Made by a program: the position numbers and the translations under genes. A stretch of DNA of 64,000 nucleotides, taken from an uncultured cyanobacterium (GTDB lineage: Bacteria > Cyanobacteriota > Cyanobacteriia > Cyanobacteriales > Chroococcidiopsidaceae). The stretch lies in contig CAMIFA010000005.1 of the NCBI GenBank assembly GCA_946221495.1, forward strand, positions 4,208 through 68,207, read 5' to 3'. Shown here piece by piece: positions 1 through 9,454 of this stretch. A model generated the notes under the pieces. The model saw nothing but the letters and a program-made list of their open reading frames with translations, ran no database searches and was not told the origin of the DNA. Numbering within the stretch: position 1 is the stretch's first letter; the number at the start of each line of letters is the position of its first letter.

Positions 1-518
1 ATAGAAATACCATGTCTTTGAGCAACTGCTCTATAAATAACAGATGTTGTATAGGCTGTTTCCGAAAAACTAGAAAATGCAACCAGCCCACCCTTTTTTA
101 AGAAACGATACCACGATCGCAAAACACCAGGTATATCACTAAACCAAGGAATAGCAGAAGAACAGAAGATCACATCAAAGGTGTTAGCGCTGAAATCCAA
201 GTAATCTGCATCTGCTTCCATAAGTTCAATGTTTTGCAAACAAGCCGCCGCAACTTTTCGCTGCGCTTGGCTTAACATTCCTGAAGAAATATCTACGCCT
301 ATAACTTTGCCTTGAGCGCCAACAATTTGTGCAGATGCTATTGCAACTATACCTGTACCAGTTGCTACATCTAATATTTTCTGTTCGCTTTGTAGTTGCG
401 CTAGTTGAACTAAAGGATTCGCTAGGCGATAACGTAAATCGTTGTCATAGTTAGTTCTCGAATTGAAGTCAGCAATTACTCGCTGCTTGTAATTATCAGT
501 ATTTGTTTGATTCACCAT
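1..518 (-). CDS. Class I SAM-dependent methyltransferase, 3' end truncated by the window edge
   Basis: Minus-strand ORF with ATG at 518 that runs off the window. Translation MVNQTNTDNYKQRVIADF...ILDVATGTGIVAIA carries the glycine-rich SAM-binding motif I. Not listed in the ORF track because it is open-ended. Confidence 0.6.
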   Translation of the reverse strand, partial: MVNQTNTDNYKQRVIADFNSRTNYDNDLRYRLANPLVQLAQLQSEQKILDVATGTGIVAIASAQIVGAQGKVIGVDISSGMLSQAQRKVAAACLQNIELMEADADYLDFSANTFDVIFCSSAIPWFSDIPGVLRSWYRFLKKGGLVAFSSFSETAYTTSVIYRAVAQRHGIS

Positions 519-785
519 TAGGAAAATTCTCTAAATGATTTATTTACTTAGGACGTATTGCTGCAAATTAATTGAGAGTTAGAGAAGATAAATATATTAG
601 TCTTCTGAACTTAACTATTACCTCCTAATTTCAACCAGCTAAATAAATCTGCTACAGTTAGCTGCAATGTCACAAAGTCGGGAATAGGTAGCAAATCATC
701 TTGTGTTAATATTTCTGGTTGCTGTTTTGATGGGTATGCTATTACAACGTGGGTCATTAAATACAGCTTAGGCATAGTAGAAATT

Positions 786-1217
786 ATGCACATAACTGAG
801 ATGGTTATAGATGATTATGAAGATGTCCTTCACCTTATGCAGAAAATACCAGGTATTACTGTTAGAGATGCAGATTCAAGAGAAGCTACCGAGCGATATC
901 TCCTTAGAAATCCAGGTTTGAGCTTTGTTGCTACTGACAATAAAAAAATTATTGGCTGTGTTATGTGTGGACATGACGGCAGACGTGGATATTTACAGCA
1001 CCTGATCGTTGCCAATAACTATCGCAATAAAGGTATTGGCTCTACTTTGATCAAGAAGTGTCTTAGCAAGCTTGAAGAACTTGGTATTTTTAAAACTCAC
1101 ATTGATATTTTAGTTGATAACAATAGTGCGAATCAATATTGGTCAAATCGCGGCTGGGTTAAGAGAACCGATATCTGTAGGTATTCTTTTAATAAATCTG
1201 ACAATGAAAATATTTAA
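786..1217 (+). CDS. GNAT family N-acetyltransferase
   Basis: 143 aa. Acetyl-CoA binding motif QHLIVANNYRNKGIGSTLIKK (Q/R-x-x-G-x-G/A). Confidence 0.7.
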   Translation: MHITEMVIDDYEDVLHLMQKIPGITVRDADSREATERYLLRNPGLSFVATDNKKIIGCVMCGHDGRRGYLQHLIVANNYRNKGIGSTLIKKCLSKLEELGIFKTHIDILVDNNSANQYWSNRGWVKRTDICRYSFNKSDNENI

Positions 1218-1266
1218 TAGTTTGTACAGAAGACAATCATCGAAAATTATTTTTTTGTCCTTTATG

Positions 1267-1770
1267 TCAAATCAATTTTTTCATAATACAACTCATATTA
1301 AATATTTCAATTTTTTCAAATCCTAGTTTCTGGTACAAATGCAAAGCATTAGCATTCGTTAAACCGCAACTTAAAGAAATTTGCTGATAACCATCTAATT
1401 TTGCTTGTTTAAGCAAATACAACATTAATACCTGCCCTAATCCTTTATTTCTATATTCTGAAAGAATTGCAATTGCTATTTCCGGAGTTTCGCTATTTAT
1501 ATATCCATATCCTTTGTCATCTTCTGTAAATAGACGATACCAAGCTGCTCCAATAGGTGATTGATTATCTGTATTGGTAGCAATAAATCCTTTATCTCCC
1601 CTCCGCCCCCAATCTTGAACATATTTAGCTAGTTCATGTGTTTTCAAAATATCTCTTGAAGGTAAAACTTTTCCTTCACGTAGACAACGCGCACAACGAA
1701 TTTCATATAACATATCCCAAAGAAAGGGAACATTGATTTTACTAATAAGTTGAATTTTATAATATTCCAT
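1267..1770 (-). CDS. GNAT family N-acetyltransferase
   Basis: 167 aa. Motif EYRNKGLGQVLMLYLLKQAK typical of GNAT motif A. Confidence 0.7.
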   Translation of the reverse strand: MEYYKIQLISKINVPFLWDMLYEIRCARCLREGKVLPSRDILKTHELAKYVQDWGRRGDKGFIATNTDNQSPIGAAWYRLFTEDDKGYGYINSETPEIAIAILSEYRNKGLGQVLMLYLLKQAKLDGYQQISLSCGLTNANALHLYQKLGFEKIEIFNMSCIMKKLI

Positions 1771-1820
1771 TTATCTTAGATCATACCTATGAAAAAGGTG
1801 GGCAATGCCCACCCTACGTA

Positions 1821-3968
1821 TTATCCCTTGACACAAATAACTTGCTTGAGAGTTGCTACAACTTCAACTAAATCTGCTTGATTAGCCATGACTTGATCTA
1901 TTGGTTTATATGCGCCAGGAATTTCATCTAAAACTCCGCCATCTTTGCGGCATTCTACGCCTTTGGTTTGTTGAAGTAAATCATCTAAGGTGAACTTAAG
2001 CTTCGCCTTATTACGAGACATCAAACGCCCCGCACCATGCGAACAAGAGCAGTAACTTTCAGTATTGCCTTTACCCTTAACGATGAAAGATTTTGCTCCC
2101 ATCGAACCAGGAATAATGCCGTAGTCTTCAAGCCGCGCTCTTACTGCACCCTTACGAGTAACGTAGATATCTTCGCCAAAATGCGCTTCTTTTTCAGCAT
2201 AATTGTGATGACAGTTTACCTCTAATAAAGGCTTAGTCGGCTTACCACCAGCAAGATGCTTTTCAACTAGCCGCTTGAAACGAGCCATCATTACATCCCG
2301 ATTGAAACGCGCATAGTCTTGCGCCCACTGTAAGTCGTGCCAGTAGGCAGCAAACTGAGGCGTACCAGCTACAAAGTAAGCTAAGTCTGGATCTGGTAAA
2401 CGAATATCTGCCAGCTTTGCTAATTCTTTAGCAGTACCAATATGGCACTGAGCTAGCATATTCCCAATGTGACGTGAACCAGAGTGTAGCATCAGCCAAA
2501 CTTGATTCTCAGTATCAAGGCAAACTTCTAAAAAGTGGTTGCCCCCACCAAGTGATCCCATTTGGTTGATTGCCTTGCTTTCTAGGCGTTGTACTCCTGA
2601 ATGCAAGTCTTTAAAGTTACTCCATCTTTGCCAATTAGTAACAGCTTTTTCGACATTTTTGTTTTCATTGAATCCAGTCGGAATGGCGGCTTCAATGTCA
2701 AGACGAATCTGCTTTAGCTTACCTTCTAGTTGTTCGGCGATAAACGGGGTTTTTATGGCACTCATCCCACAGTTATGTACAAAAACACCTGCTTTTAAGG
2801 CAAAGTTATGATGCTCAGGCACAGTCAAACAATAAACATCCTCTTGATAGTCAAGAGCCACAACTTGCAATACTTTATGATTACATTTATGTTCATTTTT
2901 TTTGTGATTATGTAACCCTATGGGAGTTTTAATTTCAGCCCCACAAATATCACAGGTGTAGTATCTGTTAGCAATTTCTTTAGTTTTTGCTCTACCTTTT
3001 TCACTTTGGTTGTATGCAATTAAGTATTGTTTTCCTCGCTTACCATTATTTGCAACAGCTTGTTTAAAATGTTCAGGCTGTTCTTGCATATAGCGAAGAA
3101 TATTTTGAGTTCCACGCTCTGCGTAATATTTGTAGCCTTCTGGGGTTTGTGCTTTTTGGGCGATCGCATTTAATCGATGAAGCTCAAATTCCGGAGACTG
3201 AAAATACTGATTACGTTCTACCAGTGATTGGTGATAAGCTGAATGCTCTCTAGCACCCATAAACTCTAGGTTCTCAGGACGATTATCTGACTCTTCAAAG
3301 TTTTTGTGATGAATAACAGTTCTTTGATTCTTGAATGCGGGAACTTTGCCTAGTAAACCTGAGCGAGCTACAATCCAATGGGCTTTCTGCCATCTACTAG
3401 AGTAAGGCTGGACAATTAATGTGTAACCGTCTCTATCGACTTTGGAATAAAAGGGCATTAAAGAAGTCTCTGGTTGGAGATTTTGTGCTTCTTCATAAGT
3501 TCCATCTCTAAGTAGAAATTTGTGATCTGGAGTGCAGACAATCTCTTCACCATTGTCCAGAAATACCTTAACTAAATTTGCATTTTTTCTAGTTAATTTA
3601 GCTGTCGCTTTGGTTGCAACAATCTTGCTTGTAGCATTGCAAGCATAAACTATAAATTCTGCACTTTGATTAGCAAGTTCACTAATTTTGTAAAATTTTC
3701 CGTCTAGTAAGGGAACTAGAGTATCTCCTACAAAACAACCGACATCTACGCCGACAGCAGCTGGCATAATTGCTTCTTTCGTAGCAATTACAGAACCTAC
3801 CAAGGCTCCTTTACCCAAGTGAACATCTGGCATTAATGCTACGTGCTTAAACACAAATGGCAGAGAGGCAACATTTTTAGCCATCTTAGTTTCTTCGGAG
3901 CCAAGAGCATGATTCGCCCAAGAAAGCACCGGAGATAGTGCTGATATTTGTAGTTGTTCGTATGGCAT
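1821..3968 (-). CDS. rtcB: RNA-splicing ligase RtcB precursor containing an intein
   Basis: 715 aa. The exteins match E. coli RtcB nearly end to end (HVALMPDVHLGKGALVGSVIATKEAIMPAAVGVDVG ... CGMSAIK ... HSGSRHIGN ... SCSHGAGR ... VICVKG). The N-extein is 77 aa and the C-extein 316 aa, giving 393 aa like canonical RtcB. A 322-aa insertion separates them. Confidence 0.85.
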   Translation of the reverse strand: MPYEQLQISALSPVLSWANHALGSEETKMAKNVASLPFVFKHVALMPDVHLGKGALVGSVIATKEAIMPAAVGVDVGCFVGDTLVPLLDGKFYKISELANQSAEFIVYACNATSKIVATKATAKLTRKNANLVKVFLDNGEEIVCTPDHKFLLRDGTYEEAQNLQPETSLMPFYSKVDRDGYTLIVQPYSSRWQKAHWIVARSGLLGKVPAFKNQRTVIHHKNFEESDNRPENLEFMGAREHSAYHQSLVERNQYFQSPEFELHRLNAIAQKAQTPEGYKYYAERGTQNILRYMQEQPEHFKQAVANNGKRGKQYLIAYNQSEKGRAKTKEIANRYYTCDICGAEIKTPIGLHNHKKNEHKCNHKVLQVVALDYQEDVYCLTVPEHHNFALKAGVFVHNCGMSAIKTPFIAEQLEGKLKQIRLDIEAAIPTGFNENKNVEKAVTNWQRWSNFKDLHSGVQRLESKAINQMGSLGGGNHFLEVCLDTENQVWLMLHSGSRHIGNMLAQCHIGTAKELAKLADIRLPDPDLAYFVAGTPQFAAYWHDLQWAQDYARFNRDVMMARFKRLVEKHLAGGKPTKPLLEVNCHHNYAEKEAHFGEDIYVTRKGAVRARLEDYGIIPGSMGAKSFIVKGKGNTESYCSCSHGAGRLMSRNKAKLKFTLDDLLQQTKGVECRKDGGVLDEIPGAYKPIDQVMANQADLVEVVATLKQVICVKG
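2772..3737 (-). mobile_element. Intein inside rtcB, with an HNH-type homing endonuclease domain
   Basis: The intein begins CFVGDTLV (block A; Cys1 at nt 3737-3735) and ends VFVHN followed by +1 Cys (CGM). Internally TVIHHKNFEESDNRPENLEF...HSAYH is an HNH motif, and a Cys/His-rich segment CDICGAEIKTPIGLHNHKKNEHKCNHK follows. The insertion point is the conserved metal-ligand Cys of RtcB (GVD[V/I]G-CGM). Confidence 0.75.
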
Positions 3969-4190
3969 AATTTTTTACTTTGTGAATAGCAGTAATTAAC
4001 GTAATCGGTTTATATTACAAATATACTACAAAGTAATACGAAAGGCAAGTTGCTGAGTAATTGCGACAAGACTATCTAGGCATGATTTCAGCTCGTATAT
4101 TAAACTTTGTAAAGGAGGGGATATCAGCTTAGGTAGTCCCAACAGTGCAATCGCGTAGCGCTGCAATTAAATCAACTCAGGTAGACTCCT

Positions 4191-5051
4191 ATGGCACGTC
4201 AAGACACACTTTGGGAACGTTTCTTATCGCCCGTTGTTCGCTTGTTTATTGATGAGGAAGGGTTACGACGTTATTCTCAAAGTATTGATTGGCAGAAAGA
4301 AAGTAATCGCTTCCGGCGTGATATTCCAATTCCTGACTATTACAGTAGCCAGAACTTTCATGGCATTGAAGGCGGCTATCTCACCGCAGGTGCAGCAGTT
4401 TCCTACGATCCGATTACGCAGTATGTCTTGCCGCCGAATGAGACAATGGTACGCCAAGCCTTGATTGATTCTATTCAATGTCAGCCGAGGCGAATTTTAG
4501 ACTTAGGCTGCGGTACTGGTTCTACTACATTGATGTTAAAACAGGCTTTTCCCCAAGCTCAAGTAATTGGTTTAGACTTATCACCTTATATGCTGGTGAG
4601 GGCGGAAGACAAAGCAAAAACAGCTAATCTAGATATTCAATGGCATCATGGCGATGCTGAAAAAACTAAGTTTCCCGATCAATCTTTTGACTTAGTTACC
4701 GCTTCCTTGTTATTTCACGAAACACCACCAGCTGTATCTGAGGCAATTCTGCGTGAGAGTTTCCGATTGCTGACAAGTGGCGGAGAAGTCTTAATTTTAG
4801 ATGGCAATCAAAAAACATTGCGGCATCTGGAGTTTCTCAATAATGTATTTGAGGAGCCTTATATTCGTGACTATGCGGCGGGAAATATTGATGCTTGGAT
4901 GGGTAAAGCCGGATTTGAAGCAGTAGAGACTCAAGATTTTTGGCTGATCCAGCAAGTAACAAGGGGTGTTAAGCCACTACAGGATACAGGATACAAAAGG
5001 CAGCAGACAGAAGCTTTTAATGCTGATTGGATGCCAGCACCTAGTTATTAA
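4191..5051 (+). CDS. Class I SAM-dependent methyltransferase
   Basis: 286 aa. Motif I RILDLGCGTGSTT, acidic motif II VIGLDLS, motif III-like DLVTASLLFHE. Confidence 0.7.
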   Translation: MARQDTLWERFLSPVVRLFIDEEGLRRYSQSIDWQKESNRFRRDIPIPDYYSSQNFHGIEGGYLTAGAAVSYDPITQYVLPPNETMVRQALIDSIQCQPRRILDLGCGTGSTTLMLKQAFPQAQVIGLDLSPYMLVRAEDKAKTANLDIQWHHGDAEKTKFPDQSFDLVTASLLFHETPPAVSEAILRESFRLLTSGGEVLILDGNQKTLRHLEFLNNVFEEPYIRDYAAGNIDAWMGKAGFEAVETQDFWLIQQVTRGVKPLQDTGYKRQQTEAFNADWMPAPSY

Positions 5052-5062
5052 GGCGGCTAGGA

Positions 5063-5770
5063 ATGACTTTAAGAGCAGTTCTATTTGAGTACAACGGTGT
5101 GATCATTAATGATGACCTGATTCGCCAACAGATCATTGAGCAGATTTTGATTGAGGAGAATTTGCGTCCTCAACCAGGAGAGTTTAGGAAAGTTTGTCTA
5201 GGAAGAAGCGATCGCACTTGTCTTACTGATTTATTAAATCGCCGAGGTAGAGTTGTTAGCGAAAGTTATTTAAATCAACTGCTACAACGTAAGGCTGTGG
5301 CTTATCAACAGCAAATAGAAAAACAGGACGTAAAGTTTTACTCGGGCTTGGAAGATTTGCTTTTTCAACTGCAATCGCGATCGCTAAAATCAGCTATTGT
5401 AACTGGGGCGAGTTTTTCGGAAGTACAACTAGGATTGAATCGCGCTAATCTTGCTAAATACTTTCCCTTAGTTGTTGCTGGAGATCAAGTTAAAACTAGT
5501 AAACCAGAAATTGATGCTTATCTGCTGGTAGTGGAACGCTTAAATGAATTGTATCCTGATTTCAACCTCCAACTATCTCAATGTCTAGCCGTTGAAAGTA
5601 CCTTAGCTGGAATTCAAGGAGCTAAAAAAGCAGGTATGAAAGTGGTTGGAATCGCGAATATTTATCCATTTCATATGTTGCAGCGACAGGCAAACTGGAC
5701 AGTAGATTATCTGTGTGATTTAGATATGGATCGCGTACAGCAGCTATATACCCAAAAGCAAACAGCTTAA
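5063..5770 (+). CDS. HAD-superfamily hydrolase-like protein with non-canonical motif I
   Basis: 235 aa. HAD-like fold signatures: N-terminal VLFEYNGVII where the usual DxDG has become EYNG; K at motif III; GD...D near the C-terminus. Confidence 0.5.
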   Translation: MTLRAVLFEYNGVIINDDLIRQQIIEQILIEENLRPQPGEFRKVCLGRSDRTCLTDLLNRRGRVVSESYLNQLLQRKAVAYQQQIEKQDVKFYSGLEDLLFQLQSRSLKSAIVTGASFSEVQLGLNRANLAKYFPLVVAGDQVKTSKPEIDAYLLVVERLNELYPDFNLQLSQCLAVESTLAGIQGAKKAGMKVVGIANIYPFHMLQRQANWTVDYLCDLDMDRVQQLYTQKQTA

Positions 5771-5828
5771 AAGAGCAACTAATTGGCAGTGATATAATAA
5801 TTAAGCCCTGTTATTAGCAATACCTCAA

Positions 5829-5901
5829 GGGGAATTAGCTCAGTTGGTAGAGCGCTGCGATCGCACCGCAGAGGTCAGGGGTTCGAGTCTCCTATTCTCC
5901 A
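5829..5901 (+). tRNA. tRNA-Ala (anticodon CGC)
   Basis: Cloverleaf folded by hand. Acceptor GGGGAAT/ATTCTCC with the G3:U70 Ala identity pair. D-arm GCTC/GAGC. Anticodon stem CTGCG/CGCAG with loop AUCGCAC, anticodon CGC. T-arm AGGGG-TTCGAGT-CTCCT. Discriminator A. CCA not encoded. Confidence 0.85.
5843..5901 (+). repeat. attL: 59-bp direct repeat forming the 3' part of tRNA-Ala (identical copy at 12782..12840)
   Basis: GTTGGTAGAGCGCTGCGATCGCACCGCAGAGGTCAGGGGTTCGAGTCTCCTATTCTCCA occurs twice, 100% identical. The first copy sits inside the full tRNA. The second lacks the tRNA 5' half. Confidence 0.8.
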
Positions 5902-6046
5902 TAGCCCTAACGGGCTTTTACACCTTAAACCACCCTTAGCTGTCCTAAGTCTGTCCTAAGCATATCAGACACGGATCTAAGTCAGCTAGAGGTGTTTGTT
6001 AGTTATTCAGCGATCGCCGTTAGAAACTTAAATGGCTAGGGCGCTT

Positions 6047-6718
6047 CTAGGTTGTAGCTTTCTTAACGAAGTCGATCCAAGCTTCTAAGGGGGTCAGCAG
6101 ATGCCTTGGGACTGCGTAGCATAACTCGTTGCTGCTAACCTTGCCTTTCTGTCTTTGCCATGTGTCTGGTTCAGGTGCTACGAAAGCTTCGGATGTCTCT
6201 TGGTTTATCAGGATCAGTGCATCAACCTTAAACTTCTTCTCGTCCCACTTAGGACAGCAGCCAACTTGAACCATGTGGAACAAAAATGCTGATGGTTGTA
6301 AGGCTTTAACTTCTACAGATAACCGCTTAAACTTCCCAACCTTAACCATAACGTCACGCTGATAGCCCCTATACAATGATGCATCGTGGGCTGGGTTGCC
6401 AGCTCTCACCCTATATGTTGGATGCGGCTTGAAGTCTGGTCTATAAGGCACTCTAGCAAATGTTTGTATGCCTGTGTATTGTAGGTCACAATGAAGGACA
6501 TCCAACCACCCATTATCTAAAGCTTCCTTCCACCATGCCCTATCGGTTCTAAGCTTGTGGGCTCTAACAAAGCTTTGGCGGGGTCTATAGGATGGCAAAC
6601 CGTTAGCTGTCAAGTTGTCTGCTAATATGTCCTCCCATGCTTCACCTAGTTCTCGGTGATAGCCATCTGGGTTGGCTGTCCTAAGTTGACAGGCTGGAAT
6701 AGTGTGCGTTAGCATCAT
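6047..6718 (-). CDS. Hypothetical protein (island cargo)
   Basis: 223-aa ORF downstream of the VapE-like gene on the same strand. No motif recognised by eye. Confidence 0.4.
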   Translation of the reverse strand: MMLTHTIPACQLRTANPDGYHRELGEAWEDILADNLTANGLPSYRPRQSFVRAHKLRTDRAWWKEALDNGWLDVLHCDLQYTGIQTFARVPYRPDFKPHPTYRVRAGNPAHDASLYRGYQRDVMVKVGKFKRLSVEVKALQPSAFLFHMVQVGCCPKWDEKKFKVDALILINQETSEAFVAPEPDTWQRQKGKVSSNELCYAVPRHLLTPLEAWIDFVKKATT

Positions 6719-6924
6719 GATAGAAATATCCTTTGGTTATCCATAAAGCTCAATAGTTTGGACGCTAGGAGCCTCATGGGTTTACGTTTAGTGTCTATTT
6801 GCTTCTTAGTTGGTTCCTAAGAAGCAGATAGGTTATGCCGTAGGGTTAGTTGTCGCTAACTTTTTGGCTATTTATTAGGTTTGTTAGCCACTAGGTCTTG
6901 TTTGGTCTAGTGGCTTTGGCTTTA

Positions 6925-8352
6925 TTAGCTGAACGTCCTTGGTTGCCTACGGTTAGGGTCTGGGTTGCGTAACCTAGCGGACGTTACAATATCAACCATA
7001 TCTAAGCAAAACGGCGTGGGGTCTTCAACGTCTGGCTTGACATAGTGCCAACCGTTAAGCTTCTTGTTCCCAAAGCTCCTTCTGATGTAGCCTAAACTTG
7101 TAAAGGCTGCTTTTAGCTCGCGTTCGTGACGTTTAAGGTTTCCAGGGGCAATATTAAGGAAATATCGGGCGGCATCACAAGCTTTGATAGCGATAGGTTG
7201 GTCTTCTATATCTAATATCTCTAAAGCTGTTCTTAATGGTTCCTCTAATGGGTTTTCTGTTTGATAGGTTTTGTTAGCTCTTTCACTTAGTTCCTCCTCC
7301 TCTGGAGTTAACCACCAGTTCTTTTTAGCTAAATAGAGGTGATAAGCTACAGCCCAGATGCGATCGCGGTTAGCCTTAACCCAGCTAACAGGGATAATAT
7401 GATCGCCTGCGTCTATAACCCAAAAGCGACGAGAGCCTGTATTGTCATTTAAGAAGGCTGTCTCGTTGGTAGTTCCTGCAAAGACACAATGCCTTGGTCT
7501 GGGTGCGCCTAACTCTTTGTTGAGGTCTCTGAAGCTGTCATGAGTTTCAGTCAGGAAAGCTTTTAACGCTGAAATATCTTTAGCTCTAAAAGTGGCTTCC
7601 AGTTCTCCAAGTTCAGCGCCCCAACAGTTTTGGATGTTTCTTTGTTGTTCTAGTTGGCTTTGGCTGCTGTGGAGGGTTCTGAAGTGTTCCCCAAATAAGG
7701 CAGCAAGCAAGCTAGTTTTTCCGATGCCTTGTTTGCCTCGGATGACTAATGCGGTGTCCATTTTGCAACCAGGTTCTATCGCTCTAGCTACAGCCCCGAT
7801 CAGCCACCTTGTTAGCTTAACTTGAACCAAATGTTCAGAAGTGCCAAATAGCTTGTCAGCTAATGTAAGCCATTCTGCCCAGTCATTAGGAGTTAGCTTT
7901 GGGAGTCCTTTAAGATAGTTTTCTATAGGGTGGAAGGTGCGATATTTGACCATAGCGTCTAGTCGACGGTCTAAGAAGCTATGATGTAAAGGCAATGCTG
8001 TATCTAAGATATCTTCAAGTCTGTTTAGCATAGTGCCTATGTTGGTCTTGTTTATCGGGCTTATGGAGCCTAAAAAGATATCACCAGACCAAGCGTTAAC
8101 ATGGATGCTGTCTTTATATACAGCCTCGAATATTCGCCAGATCGTCAAGGGGTTATATTTGGTCTGTATCAGCCAAGTTTTAGCGTCATAACGTGCTTGT
8201 TTGATGTCTCTAGCATCCCTGTTGTCGTAGCTAGAACTGCCTAGCTCTGTCTTGGCTGTTGAGATGAAGTCGAGTCCAAGTCTACGGATGTCAGCTTGAA
8301 CCTGATCAGGTTTAACCTTTTGGTCGTCGTCGTCGTAAATGGAATAAGACAT
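6925..8352 (-). CDS. VapE/VirE-family P-loop NTPase (phage/plasmid primase-helicase C-terminal-domain-like replication protein)
   Basis: 475 aa. Walker A GKQGIGKTS and the family-typical D-x-TG-x-RRFW motif (DNTGSRRFWVIDAG), with an arginine-rich tail. Confidence 0.65.
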   Translation of the reverse strand: MSYSIYDDDDQKVKPDQVQADIRRLGLDFISTAKTELGSSSYDNRDARDIKQARYDAKTWLIQTKYNPLTIWRIFEAVYKDSIHVNAWSGDIFLGSISPINKTNIGTMLNRLEDILDTALPLHHSFLDRRLDAMVKYRTFHPIENYLKGLPKLTPNDWAEWLTLADKLFGTSEHLVQVKLTRWLIGAVARAIEPGCKMDTALVIRGKQGIGKTSLLAALFGEHFRTLHSSQSQLEQQRNIQNCWGAELGELEATFRAKDISALKAFLTETHDSFRDLNKELGAPRPRHCVFAGTTNETAFLNDNTGSRRFWVIDAGDHIIPVSWVKANRDRIWAVAYHLYLAKKNWWLTPEEEELSERANKTYQTENPLEEPLRTALEILDIEDQPIAIKACDAARYFLNIAPGNLKRHERELKAAFTSLGYIRRSFGNKKLNGWHYVKPDVEDPTPFCLDMVDIVTSARLRNPDPNRRQPRTFS

Positions 8353-8424
8353 ATTATTTATAGAATAGGTTTACATTTGCGCCATCAGGGTTGTCTTAGG
8401 ACTCTGGTGGCTTTGTCTTTGGGT

Positions 8425-8595
8425 CTAGATAACGTCTTGGGGCTGCTTAGGAACTGTAAAATATTGCCTTAAGGCAACCCTGATCACAGCAGATACAGAG
8501 CGATCGCTTAGTTCTGCTTCTGTCTGCACTGCCTCCATTAGCTCTAGGGGCAATAACAGAGGAAACCGAGCTTGGTTACGATGCATAGTCGCCAT
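8425..8595 (-). CDS. Small ribbon-helix-helix (CopG/Arc-like) DNA-binding protein; not in the ORF track (<60 aa)
   Basis: 56-aa ORF immediately upstream of, and co-oriented with, the VapE-like gene. Translation MATMHRNQARFPLLLPLELMEAVQTEAELSDRSVSAVIRVALRQYFTV has the RHH pattern (beta strand R-F-x-L-x-L, then two helices ending ...AL..YF). Confidence 0.5.
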   Translation of the reverse strand: MATMHRNQARFPLLLPLELMEAVQTEAELSDRSVSAVIRVALRQYFTVPKQPQDVI

Positions 8596-9020
8596 TTGAT
8601 GATGTGTCCTTGATGTCTAGTTGGTGTTCATATCTAAGTTGTCCTAAAGTGTCCTAAAGTCAGGTCTTAAGCTGCTCTAAGACCCCAAAGTTAGATATAG
8701 CAAGCAATACAGCTATTTAAGGGTTCTAACGTGATATCAAAAGTGATATCAGATGTGGTATTACACTATTTGAATGTTTTATGTTTATAAATATAATGAT
8801 AAGTTTTTTCTATAATATATTTGGGTTAGGCTTATGAAACTGTTAGGTGTCTTTAATGGCAGTTAGAACCTCGTCAGCTATTGAGGAACTTTAAGACCGC
8901 CTAAGAAGCCTAAGAACCAAGGGAGTTAAAAAAACACCCCCCAAAATGGATAGAACCTTATGCTGGTAAGGTTTCTAGGGGGGGCTGGGAAACATCCGGC
9001 TGGTTTGTAAGGTTTAGGCT

Positions 9021-9325
9021 CTCTAACACCCCTCTCCAACGTCTAAAGCTTATGGGATAAGCATTACAGCCATTCCTCTCCAACACTCTCCAACGTCTAA
9101 AGGGATGTTGGAGAGCATCTAAAGCCTTATCCTGTAAGCATCCTAGCCATTCCTCTCCAACCTCTCCAACCTTTTTTAAGAAATAAAGAATAAAGAATAG
9201 CTATAGGAGCCAACCAACTAAAATATGTTGGAGAGGTTGGAGAGGATCGACACAAACCTTGCTACATAGGGGTTTGAGGTTGGAGAGGGGTGTTGGAGAG
9301 TGTTGGAGAGGTTAGAGAGGATCTA
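9021..9325. repeat. Iteron array: about 6 direct CTCTCCAAC and about 7 inverted GTTGGAGAG copies
   Basis: Direct copies at approximately 9032, 9076, 9086, 9153 and 9163. Inverted copies at approximately 9107, 9227, 9236, 9280, 9293, 9303 and 9312. Longer repeats CCTCTCCAACGTCTAAAG and CATCTAAAG are also present. An AT-rich tract lies at 8760-8830. The array sits in a 1.1-kb non-coding gap next to the replication-protein operon. Confidence 0.7.
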
Positions 9326-9454
9326 GCAATGCCCTAAGCCTGCCTCGACACTTACGGATATCCAAGGATACAATAGCAGATAATATAACACTGTTTTTTA
9401 AAATGCCTAAGTGTGTATTAGAAAACCCACGATAACCAACTATAGAGAAATATT

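Noticed and set aside
611-793. 60-aa minus-strand ORF upstream of the GNAT gene
   Set aside because: It is an intergenic promoter region with no support. It overlaps the likely RBS/start of the GNAT gene.
2037-2811. Plus-strand ORFs 2037..2225 and 2539..2811 inside rtcB
   Set aside because: They are antisense to the well-supported RtcB/intein coding sequence and have no recognisable features.
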